Positions 25,434 to 38,449 of a DNA stretch of 64,000 nt are shown here, piece by piece. Source of the DNA: Octopus bimaculoides (lineage: Eukaryota). The stretch spans positions 123,942,197-124,006,196 of the forward strand of contig NC_068985.1 in NCBI RefSeq assembly GCF_001194135.2, read 5' to 3'. The position numbers were made by a program, and so were the translations under genes. The notes beneath the pieces were generated by a model that made no database searches, had not been told where the DNA came from, and saw only the letters and a program-made list of their open reading frames with translations. The stretch's first letter is position 1, and each line of letters starts with the position of its first letter.

Positions 25434-25566
25434 CATCATCATACACAGTACTATTCATAGTGCAACTTTGAATGATTGAAACAATGCTGTGTTTCTAATT
25501 TAGCGTTACGTTCCATTATTTGGAATAGTTCAGAAGAGTTAATCGGTTTTGGATCAGCAGATTTTA

Positions 25567-25629
<63 letters not shown>

Positions 25630-25665
25630 CATCATCATCATCATCATCATCATCATTATTATTAT
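25376..25665. repeat. Two (TTA)n/(TCA)n triplet arrays
   Basis: Arrays at 25376-25440 and 25565-25665. Confidence 0.93.
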
Positions 25666-26139
25666 CATTATTTTGGCTTTACCTTGAAGCATTTATCTAT
25701 CTAATCTCGTTATTTGAAAAAATACGCTTTATTCTGTATGTTGAGCTTTTTTAATTCTTTTTTCTTTTTATTATCATATTTTCACTCCTGTTCTAAATGC
25801 ATAGTATAGCGTCGATCTAAATCTGTTGATGTCTGTCTAATGTAGCTATAAATATTATTGGTGGCCCAGAGACCTAAAATGTTTTTCATAAATGTCTGTC
25901 AGAATTATTTTATCTATCACGAAATCATTCAATTTTAGAGTTCTGTGTTATTTTACGTAAAATCCTTTCACCGTACTTTTAGAGAAAATGCAATTGATTT
26001 TTCAGCTTGAAATGGAGATTTTATAGGTTATATGCATGCTAATATGGTATATATATAAAATCTATATTACAACAAACACATTTATACACACATATACACA
26101 CACACACTCACGCTCTCTTTCGCTTTCTCTCTCTCTCTC

Positions 26140-26225
<86 letters not shown>

Positions 26226-26522
26226 GCACACACATGTGCCCGCACTCACATACGCGTGTAGGTCTAATAGATGGAGTTTTGGCCTGGCAATACTGTTGTA
26301 TGTTTTCATGATTATGAAATTACGTGACAGGGTAGCATACGTTTGTAATTTGAGCACAAAAGTTATTTATATGCATTATATAATTACTTCTACTTGCAAG
26401 ATAAATTTATGATCGAAGAGAAGAGAACTCAATATTTTAGGTACACTTACTGGGCTATTTTACCTCACATTACATCGTGTCCCACTGTGAGTCAATCTCC
26501 AGGCAATCAGCCATGAATGAAG

Positions 26523-26524
<2 letters not shown>

Positions 26525-26593
<69 letters not shown>

Positions 26594-26650
26594 ACTAACT
26601 AACTAACTAACTAACTATCTATCTACCTATCTACCTACCTATCTATCTAT
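26525..26650. repeat. (TATC)n/(TAAC)n microsatellite
   Basis: Direct inspection. Confidence 0.93.
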
Positions 26651-27139
26651 CTTTTTGTCTATCTGTCTGTCTGTCGATTTATTTCTCTCTGTGTATATAT
26701 GTGTGGGGGTTGTGAGAGAGAGAGAGAGAGAGAGAGAGTGAGAGAAGGAGGAAAGGGGGAGAGGGAGAGAGTTTGAGTATTCAAATATGACGATAAAAGG
26801 GCTCACTCTGTCGCTACACAAAAAGAGTCTTCAACACACTAATATATGAAAGATGTATGTGTGGAAAGGCATCCGTCGTGTATTTTCATATAGACACACG
26901 CAGACGTATGCACAGTCACACACACAATAACAGTGGGTAAGTTTTATTTGACAAAGGTGAAAGGATAAAAAGAACTCAATGCATGTTAACTGTAAATTAA
27001 GAATTTTTGTGTATGATAACACAGTTGATCCATCAGCGATGACACTGACCTGGGGTTAAGCAACAATAAACAGTAGCAGAAGCAGTAACAGCAACAAAAG
27101 GAATTCATTTGGATATAAAATTATCTGAACGATACAATT

Positions 27140-27722
27140 ACATCGTGAAAGGATTTTTACACCAATTAAAAACAAACACACAACATGCGGTTATATGAAC
27201 TTTTATTGTTGCTACAGTTGTTCCTCTCGAAATACACCAAATAACCGAAAGCAAAAAACAGTCAAGATCCCTCACAAAACTACTCACCAGCGCTGAGCTA
27301 CGCTTCACAAACGCCAAACCAACAGTCAAAAAAATGTGCTCGCTCTAATCGCGGGATTTGCACCAACCTCATTGAAGACAAAGAATATGAATTTAAACCT
27401 GGATAGATGTTTACAATAAAAATAAATATTTTATCTGTTAGTCAAAAATTTTAATATATGCTATTAACTGTAAAGGATGTAACAAGGATTACATAGATCA
27501 AACAAGACGATCTCTTATAAATAGATTAACTGTTCATCGTGAACAAATACAAGAACCCAATATTAGTCAGATGCCATTCAGTGGACATAAACATATATGA
27601 AAAAAATATGTGTCCTAAATTCCCAGTCTTTTCACTTTAGTTTTGTTCAGTCAATACCGCTGATTAAGCACAGATGAAAATAGAAAATATATTCATGTAA
27701 AATTACAAGCCAAGACTGAATA
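27140..27722 (+). mobile_element. Penelope-like element, decayed GIY-YIG endonuclease region
   Basis: KKCARSNRGICTNL (Zn-finger linker), LIYAINCKGCNKDYIDQTRRSLINRLTVHREQI (GIY-YIG module), terminal E..F..YKPRLN*. Confidence 0.85.
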
Positions 27723-28687
27723 AACTTTAACAAAGTACACTCACCAACAACTAGTCACACACAAACTCATAGTGTCACTCGACACGTTGAATCTTTAAAG
27801 CTAGCAGCCTACATTTTTGATCACAATCACGATTTGCCCGTGTGACACTAACGCAGAAATTTAGCGGAGAAAATTTTGTGCCCACGCACATGGATGCATA
27901 AAACCCTTCAGCTACTGGGTTACATAGAAACAACTACAATTCACTCTACCACTTCATTGTTTAAGGGACTGTCACTGGGCACATTCCCTCAACTGTTTTA
28001 GCCTTAGTGTTTGACGCAAAAAATATTGTCACAAGATATTAGCGCACGGACCTAGCGGGGAACTTACAAATCTTTCAAATTTAATCACGTGATCATATTC
28101 TACCACACGTGACAGATTAAATTCAGAGAGCCTTGACTGGGACTGTCACTTTAACTTATTATCAATTACTGTTAAAGAACGAGCGTAGAGGGGAACTTCC
28201 AAAAATTTCTAAACTTAATAATTTGATCATCTTTAGCCAATCAAATCGTATCCAAAACAGATTACTAATTTGGGTCATATTCTCGCTATAAAAACAAAGA
28301 GTTTTTGAACTCCAGTCAGAAGTAAAACAGTTGCGGCATAGTTCCATGTCTTTCTATCTCAACTTTTGAAAATCAAAGAAATCTATGAAGCAGGTTGTCT
28401 TTAAAAATCTAAATATCAAAAAAATCTAAGCGAATTGCAGTGCATTTTCAGCTTCTCTTTTCTATATTTCTACCCGTGTGGAATAAAATAACTTTGTTTT
28501 ATACATACGTACATAAACTCACGCACACGCACACATACACACACTTACATTCATATANNNNNNNNNNNNNNNNNNNNNNNNNNNNNNNNNNNNNNNNNNN
28601 NNNNNNNNNNNNNNNNNNNNNNNNNNNNNNNNNNNNNNNNNNNNNNNNNNNNNNNNNNNNNNNNNNNNNNNNNNNNNNNNNNNNNNN

Positions 28688-28720
<33 letters not shown>

Positions 28721-30619
28721 TTATATATATATATATATATGCCTATACACTCCTGTACACATGTATGGCAGGTGTGTGTTCTCGCGTGCGATTGTGCGTA
28801 TATGTGCATGTGTATACACACATACATATATATATAATACATATATACATGCATGCATATGTATATGTGTGTGGGTGTGAGTGTGATACTGTTTATGTTT
28901 ACCATATATTACTGTAAAAATGTATTTAACATATAACTTGGTCTTCGTCCGCACAACATATGATTATGCATGTCGCATAAACGTTTGAAATAATTGTTTC
29001 AATAGCTAACATTTGTGACATGCGCAAAAAGAAATATGTAAGTATATATACTTATATATATATATTCGTTATTTCAATAACAAAAAAAAAAACTCTGAAT
29101 TTACTTACAATTTAAGGGGTGGACTTTTCTCTATGGCCTTGAGCTGTTTATCCTTTGTATTTCCACGTTGTTTTCCAGCAGCCGATCTACAAAGAATATA
29201 TATATATATACATATAATAAGTGCGTTAAATAAACCTAAAAATTACAATGCTTAAAATATTATCGAAAATATAAGGTATAAATTATATAAAAGAAACTAA
29301 CAATCAAAAAGCAATGCTTGGTATTATATTTTAGTAAAAATGTCGATGATAGAAACATAGTGAATATATACTTTAGAATTTGTAGTTTTACGTTTATATT
29401 TTTTGGTGGCTTTTTATCTTAGGCAATGCCTCATTTTGATACAAAGGTTATATTATAGATTTCGACGTTTAATCAATATATTACATGTATGTATGTATGT
29501 ATGTATTTATGTATATAAATAAATAAATATATATATATATATATATAATACATACATACATATATATATATATANNNNNNNNNNNNNNNNNNNNNNNNNN
29601 NNNNNNNNNNNNNNNNNNNNNNNNNNNNNNNNNNNNNNNNNNNNNNNNNNNNNNNNNNNNNNNNNNNNNNNNNNNNNNNNNNNNNNNNNNNNNNNNNNNN
29701 NNNNNNNNNNNNNNNNNNNNNNNNNNNNNNNNNNNNNNNNNNNNNNNNNNNNNNNNNNNNNNNNNNNNNNNNNNNNNNNNNNNNNNNNNNNNNNNNNNNN
29801 NNNNNNNNNNNNNNNNNNNNNNNNNNNNNNNNNNNNNNNNNNNNNNNNNNNNNNNNNNNNNNNNNNNNNNNNNNNNNNNNNNNNNNNNNNNNNNNNNNNN
29901 NNNNNNNNNNNNNNNNNNNNNNNNNNNNNNNNNNNNNNNNNNNNNNNNNNNNNNNNNNNNNNNNNNNNNNNNNNNNNNNNNNNNNNNNNNNNNNNNNNNN
30001 NNNNNNNNNNNNNNNNNNNNNNNNNNNNNNNNNNNNNNNNNNNNNNNNNNNNNNNNNNNNNNNNNNNNNNNATATATATATATATACATATAGATCTCAT
30101 GCACATACAACCTACATACGTATAAATTTACACACACACATATACCCATATACAATCAAAACTCTAGACGACAGCCGTCATAAATTATGTTTGTGTGTAT
30201 GTATATGTTTGTGTGTATATGTGTGTGTGCGTGTATGTGTGTGTGCGTGTATGTGTGTGTGTATGTGTGTGGTTGTTTTGTATGTGTGTGGTTGTTTTGT
30301 ATGTGTGTGTGTGTGTGGTTGTGTCTGTGTTATTTTATATAAGCACATTTATAAACTCACAAGCTACACATCACAAACAGGTATAGAGCACGAAAACATA
30401 TCCACATACACAGAGTCTAGACAACACCGTTGCATGCACACACAAAACAGCCATATTTATAAAACATATACTTAGTTTTGTTTCTTACAGATAAGAAATT
30501 CGATGACATTTTGATGGGGAAGATGTAGACAGAAAATGTGATTGTATAGGGAGAAGGCGAGAGCTTTCTTAAAAGGTTTTTATAGGAAAAGCTAGAAAAC
30601 TACAACAGCTGTTTTAATA

Positions 30620-30676
30620 TGTTAACGTTGTTGTGGTTGATGTTGTTGCAGGTGTTGTTGTTGTTGTTGTTGTTTC

Positions 30677-30734
<58 letters not shown>

Positions 30735-30895
30735 CTTGATGTTGGTATCGTTACCGCTGCTAGCTTTGTTACTACTACATGTGTTTTTGTTACTGCTGCT
30801 GCTGCTGTTGCTGCTGTTGTCCTTGTTGTTGTTGCTGTTGTTGTTATTGATGTTATTGTTGTTGTTGTTGTCGTTGCTGTTGTTACTGTTGTTTC
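30620..30895. repeat. Degenerate (GTT/GAT/GCT/GGT)n triplet tract
   Basis: Direct inspection; ORFs over it are low-complexity. Confidence 0.9.
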
Positions 30896-31376
30896 AAACA
30901 GATTTATGTAATGGAGATACATAGAATATTGAAGTGTGACAACCTTGATATATTATAGCAGTAATTTTTTATTTNNNNNNNNNNNNNNNNNNNNNNNNNN
31001 NNNNNNNNNNNNNNNNNNNNNNNNNNNNNNNNNNNNNNNNNNNNNNNNNNNNNNNNNNNNNNNNNNNNNNNNNNNNNNNNNNNNNNNNNNNNNNNNNNNN
31101 NNNNNNNNNNNNNNNNNNNNNNNNNNNNNNNNNNNNNNNNNNNNNNNNNNNNNNNNNNNNNNNNNNNNNNNNNNNNNNNNNNNNNNNNNNNNNNNNNNNN
31201 NNNNNNNNNNNNNNNNNNNNNNNNNNNNNNNNNNNNNNNNNNNNNNNNNNNNNNNNNNNNNNNNNNNNNNNNNNNNNNNNNNNNNNNNNNNNNNNNNNNN
31301 NNNNNNNNNNNNNNNNNNNNNNNNNNNNNNNNNNNNNNNNNNNNNNNNNNNNNNNNNNNNNNNNNNNNNNNNNNNN

Positions 31377-31417
<41 letters not shown>

Positions 31418-31457
31418 GTATGTATATATATATAGGGTAAATTGTATGTAATGGAAT

Positions 31458-31595
31458 AAGGCAGTAGAATCGTTAGCACGCTGGGCAAAATGCTTACATT
31501 CTGAGTTCAAATTTCGCCCAGGTTGACTTTACCCTTTATCATTTCGGGGTCGATAAAGCAAGTACTTGTTGAGCACTGGCCAAAATTTGAAACCA
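31458..31595 (+). mobile_element. SINE family C copy with internal deletion
   Basis: gcagtagaatcgttagcacgctgggcaaaatgctta/cattctgagttcaaatttcgcc. Confidence 0.75.
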
Positions 31596-31717
31596 ATCTG
31601 CATATGATGGATTGTAGTGTATTCAAGATAATTCATGTTATGCAATGAAGTGTAGTGTACCAGGCGTAATTGCTTTGTAATGTATGTTGTACATTGTGAT
31701 CAAGGTTAATTTTTTTC

Positions 31718-32392
31718 TACTATCGGCACAAGGCCTGAAATTTTGGAGGGAGGGACTGGTGAATTGCATCGACACTAGTTCTTGACTGGTACATAATTTA
31801 TTGACCCCGAAACGGTGAAAGCAAAGTGGACCTCAGCAGAATTTGAACTCTGTAGGCAAAGCCAGAAGAAATGCTGCTAGCTCGCCGCCTTTTGGTCTGA
31901 GTAATTTAAAGTATGAATGTCTGTTTAAGAAGTCGCTTTGGAATTATATGGTAGCACGTTGGATCCTACAACTTGGCATTTAAGGGAAATGTTTCTCTAC
32001 CATAGCTTTGGGGTTGCCCAAAAGCTTTAGATCGCAGAACTTGTGCAGGATCTTTTCGAGTGGATAATAGGAAAAATTCAGGTGACCGGAGTTCTCTCAC
32101 ATTACATGGTCACATTTATTTTTGCCTAAGGAACACTCAGTCACATATACTATAATATAAGCTAAAAACTTTCACTACGATGCTCAAGAATAAAACCTAC
32201 ATGTGGGAAATAAACATAATTTATTGACCCCCGAAACGGTGAAAGCAAAGTGGACCTCAGTAGAATTTGAACTCTGTAGGCAAAGACGGAAGAAATGCTG
32301 CTAAGCATTTTCTCCGATATGCTAATGATGTTGCCAGTTCGCCGCCTTTTGGTCTATGTAATTTAAAGTATAAATGTCTGTTGTATCCAAGT
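31718..32392 (-). mobile_element. Two SINE family C copies within a local duplication (31792-31925 and 32213-32392)
   Basis: Shared diagnostic text cataatttattgacccc.gaaacggtgaaagcaaagtggacctc plus shared non-SINE flank. Confidence 0.75.
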
Positions 32393-32906
32393 GTGAATGT
32401 CTGTTGTGTCCAATGTGTCCTACCCATTGTATGACGATAGAGTATTATCTAATTGGGTTTTTACCAGATATTTCTAGCAGGTCGAGCAACCACATAGAAG
32501 TTGATGAATTGTTTGCTGGCAGTTGTTGGAGCTGTTCTTGTTGCAGTTACTGTTGTTATTTTTGTTGTTTCTGTTCCTCCTTCTCCTGCAACTGTATATT
32601 ACAATATTATCAATCAATTGTTGATTCCAATCCAAACAAGCCACTAACGTGATCAAACGTTTGCAACATAAAGTTGCAGTCTATAAAATTATTGATCGTC
32701 TCCATAACAAAGCTAACATCTCTGGTTCTAAAGTCTGGCAAATCACGCCATGAGTAGCTCTAAGATTTCTAGACACCTTTAGCCTTCAATCTTCTCATAT
32801 CTTTGTTATTTTGTTTCTGCTTGTCTTTGCATTTTTGTTCTTCCCCACTGTCTTTTCAGGTAGAGCTATACTAGCACATAAAAGCGTGTACACACAGACA
32901 GACACA

Positions 32907-32960
<54 letters not shown>

Positions 32961-33743
32961 NNNNNNNNNNACACACAAACAAACACACATACACACATAC
33001 ACACACACGCATAGAGGATTACAAACACAGGCATACACATGGAAACTAGTACCAGCACACACATATACAAACGCAAGCAATCATTCTACTACATAAACAC
33101 AACCAATAGATATACTCCCACACACATTCGTACATGCATAGTTACTCACACTGAAAAGCAATAATAATACTCTTGTACATCTTTGGATCTCGAAGTTAAC
33201 ATCGAAGTGAATATAGCTCTGGATGTATGTTGTGTATGTATATATACGCGTACATACATATATATATATATATACATATATGTATATGTATGTATGTATG
33301 TATGTATATACATATATATATATATATACATATATGTATATGTATGTANNNNNNNNNNNNNNNNNNNNNNNNNNNNNNNNNNNNNNNNNNNNNNNNNNNN
33401 NNNNNNNNNNNNNNNNNNNNNNNNNNNNNNNNNNNNNNNNNNNNNNNNNNNNNNNNNNNNNNNNNNNNNNNNNNNNNNNNNNNNNNNNNNNNNNNNNNNN
33501 NNNNNNNNNNNNNNNNNNNNNNNNNNNNNNNNNNNNNNNNNNNNNNNNNNNNNNNNNNNNNNNNNNNNNNNNNNNNNNNNNNNNNNNNNNNNNNNNNNNN
33601 NNNNNNNNNNNNNNNNNNNNNNNNNNNNNNNNNNNNNNNNNNNNNNNNNNNNNNNNNNNNNNNNNNNNNNNNNNNNNNNNNNNNNNNNNNNNNNNNNNNN
33701 NNNNNNNNNNNNNNNNNNNNNNNNNNNNNNNNNNNNNNNNNNN

Positions 33744-33782
<39 letters not shown>

Positions 33783-33925
33783 AAGTTTCTTTCAGTTTCC
33801 GTTTACCAAATCCACTCACAAGGCTTTGGTCGGCACGAGGGTACAATAGAAGACACTTGCCCAAGGTGCCACGCAGTGGGACTGAATCAAGAACCTTGTG
33901 GTTGAGAAGCAAGCTTCTTACCAAA
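33783..33925 (-). mobile_element. SINE family B, 5' part; its internal (TA)n runs into the gap
   Basis: cagtttccgtttaccaaatccactcacaaggctttggtcgg..acacttgcccaaggtgccacgcagtgggactgaa. Confidence 0.85.
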
Positions 33926-35004
33926 CACACACACATACATACACACGCACGCACACACACATACACACACACGAACACACACAAACACACAACATATAAA
34001 AACACATGCTAAGATATACACACATGTGTGAGTGTGTGCGTGTGTGTGTGCGTGTGTGTGTGCGTGTGTGTGTGCGTGTGTGTGTGTGCGTGTGTGTGTG
34101 TAGGCACACACACACACATTCAAAGCTATATTCCATTCCCTGGTAATTCTGAGTTTGTGGGTGTTTCTGTCTTGGAGTTACTTCATGTTGAAATTAGTTC
34201 CCCATCACTATACGACACGAATTATATTTTTTAGAATCAAAAATATATTAAGTAGTTTCGAATGATAAATGTATGCACAATTATTTACATATTTTAGTAA
34301 TTTTTTTTTTTTCATTGGATTGTCCTTCCTAATTTCCAATGTTTTCTAATCGAAATCATTAATGATAATAGAGTGAGTTTCTCATACTTATGTTATGTTG
34401 TGTCCACAGATAGCAAGAAAATTTCTATCTCCGTACCTTATCGAAATGTCAAAGAGATAGAATTATACAAACAGCTGACATTTGTAAATACCTGGTTCAC
34501 TGATTAACTAACGACTGTGTGTTTTGAACGCACAGTCGTCGTAAGAAGTTGTTCCGTGATGTATACCTGAGCGACTGGTATATTTTTATTTGAGGTTGGA
34601 TCTAAAAAAATATATATTAAGAATAGATATGATCATTATCGTCTCAGATCTCACATTATACGCTAGAAATAACGATTTATTATCGGTTGGTAGATGTAGG
34701 CTCTGATCAGCAAACAGTTTTGTTCGCTGAAATTAAAAACAAATCTAGTGGGTTTTTTAAGACTCAAACGTTCGGGTATCTCTGGGTGACGAAACACATG
34801 TCGAAGCACCGGTGTCCCAGAATCCCTTGCACCAATGAACTGAGTGTGTTATGTACACACACAGTTGTCGTAAAAGGCAGAAGCGTTCTCCTGTGGCGCA
34901 CAGAAACGCGACTAGTGTATTTGCGCCTGAATCTGCCGGAGTGTGCTAAGAATAAATATGCAAATAATCGGTATAAGTATTTTGTTAGTTGAAAATAAAA
35001 AATA

Positions 35005-35400
35005 CACGCGTGACTATGTGATAAGAAGTTTGCTTTCCAACTACATGGTTTCAGGTTCAGTTCTACACCGAGGCACCTTGGGCAAGTTTCTTCTACTATG
35101 ACCACAGGCCAACCAAAGCTTTGTGAGTGGATTTGCTAGAATTGTTTGCGTGTGCGTGTGTGCGCACCTGTATCTGTCTGTATTTGTGCATATATTTGCA
35201 CCCCCCCCCCCCAACATTGGTGTTGATGTGTTTATATCCCCGTAACTTAGCGATTCGGAAAAGAAACCGATAGAATAAGTACCAGGCTTTACAAAACTGA
35301 TAATAATAATAAACACTGGGGTCGATTCATTTGACCAAAATTCTTCAAGGCGGTGCCGCAGCATGGCTGCAATGTAATGTCTGAAACAAGTGATAAAAGA
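35005..35400 (+). mobile_element. SINE family B copy
   Basis: Full alignment by eye to 8616-9035. Confidence 0.82.
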
Positions 35401-35420
35401 TATGAAGTTTTCAAGTTGTT

Positions 35421-35605
35421 CATTTTCGTCTGCCGTTACGCTCTGAGTTCAAATTCCGCCGAGGTCGACTTTGCCTTTCATCCTTTCAGGGTCGATAAAT
35501 TAAGTACCAGTTGAACACTTGGGTCGATGTAATCGACTTAATCCCTTTGTCTGTCCTTGTTTGTCCCCTCTATATTTAGCCCCGTGTGGGCAATAAAGAC
35601 ATAAG
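35421..35605 (+). mobile_element. SINE family C copy with Tx1-like 3' tail
   Basis: Family C body followed by tgtttgtcccctctatatttagccccgtgtgggcaataaag. Confidence 0.85.
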
Positions 35606-36200
35606 AAATAAGAAACAGGTGAACACTTCGATACACAGTTTCAGGCTGGATGTTCAATTGTATTGAGATCTCTTCCCATTGGATCCAGCTGTAGCTCTGA
35701 CTGCGTGTTGTGCATGATGCTTCTTTTTATGTAACATAAATTCATCAGTCAAATGTTGACACCATCAAGTAAATAGTTTGTTTGACTAAAAAGGAATCCA
35801 TTCCCCAAACGACTGCCAATCTCCTGTACAACGCCATGCTGACGATACCGCGTTTCCTTTTATAGGCCAAGTGATAAAGTAGCTTTCTAATGTTCATCTC
35901 AATTGAATTGTAGTCTTTGGTTCTTCATCATTCATATATACTGAAATTGTTTGTTATAATTAATTATAAAAGAATACAAAAATAAACAAAAGAATAGCAT
36001 CCGAGTTATAAATGACGAAAGAGAACACACAATCGTATATACATGTGCATATACGTACATACATACAGAATATAAATATGCAAAGAAAATGTATGCATAT
36101 ATATACATATACATTCCATGCGAACATCAAGGGATTTTGCAAGTCCGTGACAATTTGACAACCGATATAACAAACGATCTTATAAAGTTCGACAGAAAAC

Positions 36201-36248
<48 letters not shown>

Positions 36249-36699
36249 GGTGGTGGTGGTGGTGGTGGTGGTGATTAAGATATTGGGGAGGAAGACAAGG
36301 AGATTGATAATTATATTATTATTATTGTTGTTGCTCTTGTTATTATTAATATTATTATATTACTAAACAGCTTTGATGCTGTAACCGGTTTAATTATGTT
36401 CCCTATTGGATCGAAAGCCGTGATCTAGGAAAAGAAGTATTCTTGCCCCTCCTATTAAAGTTTTCCGTCTTTATGCTGTTAATATTTGTTATTACTTTGT
36501 ATCGTCAACTTCCCTTATAATACTTGCGGAACCAGGAAAAAAAAATTTTTTTTTAACCTTGTACCTTCTACTTCCAAAGTTTACTCTCAAATTATTCGTT
36601 ACAGATACAAAAATCAGGATGATAATTGGCAGAATCGTAACCTTGATACCCCTTCATTTCATTATTTGATTATTTTATACAAATTGGTAAATACTCGTA

Positions 36700-36900
36700 T
36701 TTTTGTGCGCGCTTTTGTGTTTTTCTGTTTCGCTTTCACTTTCTTTCTGCTGCCTTTCAATTCTGGTAACAAATATGCGCCACATCGATTACAAGACATA
36801 ACGTCTTCTTCTCAGAGGCTACAATTTCCGGCATATTGTGCTCCATTCTCGTTTCGGTTTGTATAGAAACTTGCCAGAACAAATTCGTTTTCAAAGACTT
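36700..36900 (-). mobile_element. Highly decayed REL LINE endonuclease fragment
   Basis: KTNLFWQVSIQTETRMEHNMPEIVASEKKTLCLVIDVA resembles LWD..I.TD....NRPDIVV......LIDV in copy E2. Confidence 0.55.
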
Positions 36901-37189
36901 TCATTTCTTTTCTCACATAATGGACTTCGTTTTTTTTTTTCCGTGCATTGAAAAACAAACCGCCAGAAAAATTTCCAATTTCATCACATCTGCAACCATT
37001 TCGAGCTAACGACGAGTATTCTGATAGAATGTGGAGGGGGTAAAGTTTCATTTGTCTTTACCATCGTGAACAGTCCTCTTTATCTATCATTTCCTGGATC
37101 CAATTTATATTGAGGGGTTTATCCATGCCTTAAGTTGCTAATATCATTTCCTGGGTCTTTTTCTTCAAATTTCACTTTGGTTCAACAGA

Positions 37190-37500
37190 TTATTATCATC
37201 GTCATCGTCGTCATCATCATCATTATCATCATCATCATCATTACCGTCATCATCATCATTACCGTCATCATCATCATTACCGTCATCATAATAATCATCA
37301 TTTTAACACCATCGTAATCATTGTTGTTATTATCAACATCACTAACACCATCATCACAAGCATCAACATAAGCATCATAAGCATTCATCGCTGTCATCAT
37401 CATCATAAACATCACCCCCCACCCCCACCACCACCATCATCATCATCATCATCATCATCATCGTCATCATCATCATCATCATCAACATCAACAACAACAA
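37190..37500. repeat. Degenerate (CAT/CAC/CAA)n triplet tract
   Basis: Direct inspection. Confidence 0.9.
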
Positions 37501-37852
37501 CCGTAATGTAGCAAATAAATTAAAACGCTTTTCAATTAGATTTCTTGATAAGAAATTCAATTATAAATTCATAAAATGAAATGAGGTCTTCAATTAGAAA
37601 CATCACTCTCATACTCCCTATACCGCTTACGTTCCTAATAATCAGTTAGATGGTAGAAGAGAGTAGAAATGCTAGGCTAGAGGGAGACGAAGTTTGAACT
37701 ACAGAAAATTTCTTAAATGTGTGGCGAAATATTTAGGAAATTAGATTCATAATTTATTACATTTCGTTTATATAACTGGAGGAAATGCATTAAACAGTAT
37801 AGAGAGCTAGAATAACCCGGCTTGCCCAAAAGGCAGGGCAGTTTCGATACTT

Positions 37853-37898
<46 letters not shown>

Positions 37899-37964
37899 GC
37901 AGTATGTGTGTGTGTGTGCGTGTGTGTGCGTGGGTGACAGTATGTGTGAGTGTAGTATGTATCG

Positions 37965-38065
<101 letters not shown>

Positions 38066-38212
38066 TTCTACCTTCCTACATATCTATTTTTATACGTACG
38101 TACACGCACGCATATTATACATTTGAGTGTGCCTGTGTGTATGTGCGTAGATAAATAGGTAGATAAGAGAGAGACAGAGACAGACAGACAGACAGCACAT
38201 AAATATACAAAC

Positions 38213-38440
38213 GTAAATAAGAAGCTTGCTTTGAAACCACCTGGTTTTGGGTTCATTCTCACAGCGCTGAAACGTGGGCAAGTGTTTCTGTTGTCGCCTC
38301 AGGCCAACGCATGTGAGAATCTGGTTGACGAAAACGGTGTGGAATTCAGTCGTATATGTGTGTTCGTGTGAGTGTTTATCTTTGTCCCCGCCACCACTTG
38401 ACAAGCAGTGTTGGTTTGTTTATGTCTCCACGACCTAGCG
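38213..38440 (+). mobile_element. SINE family B, diverged copy
   Basis: gaagcttgctttgaaaccacctggttttgggttc..gtgggcaagtgttt..tttgtccccgccaccacttgacaa. Confidence 0.7.
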
Positions 38441-38449
38441 TTTCGTCAA

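Noticed and set aside
37806-37842. CTAG followed by cccggcttgccc..gggcag
   Set aside because: Possible Helitron-type terminus, but the hairpin is imperfect and no other end or copy is visible
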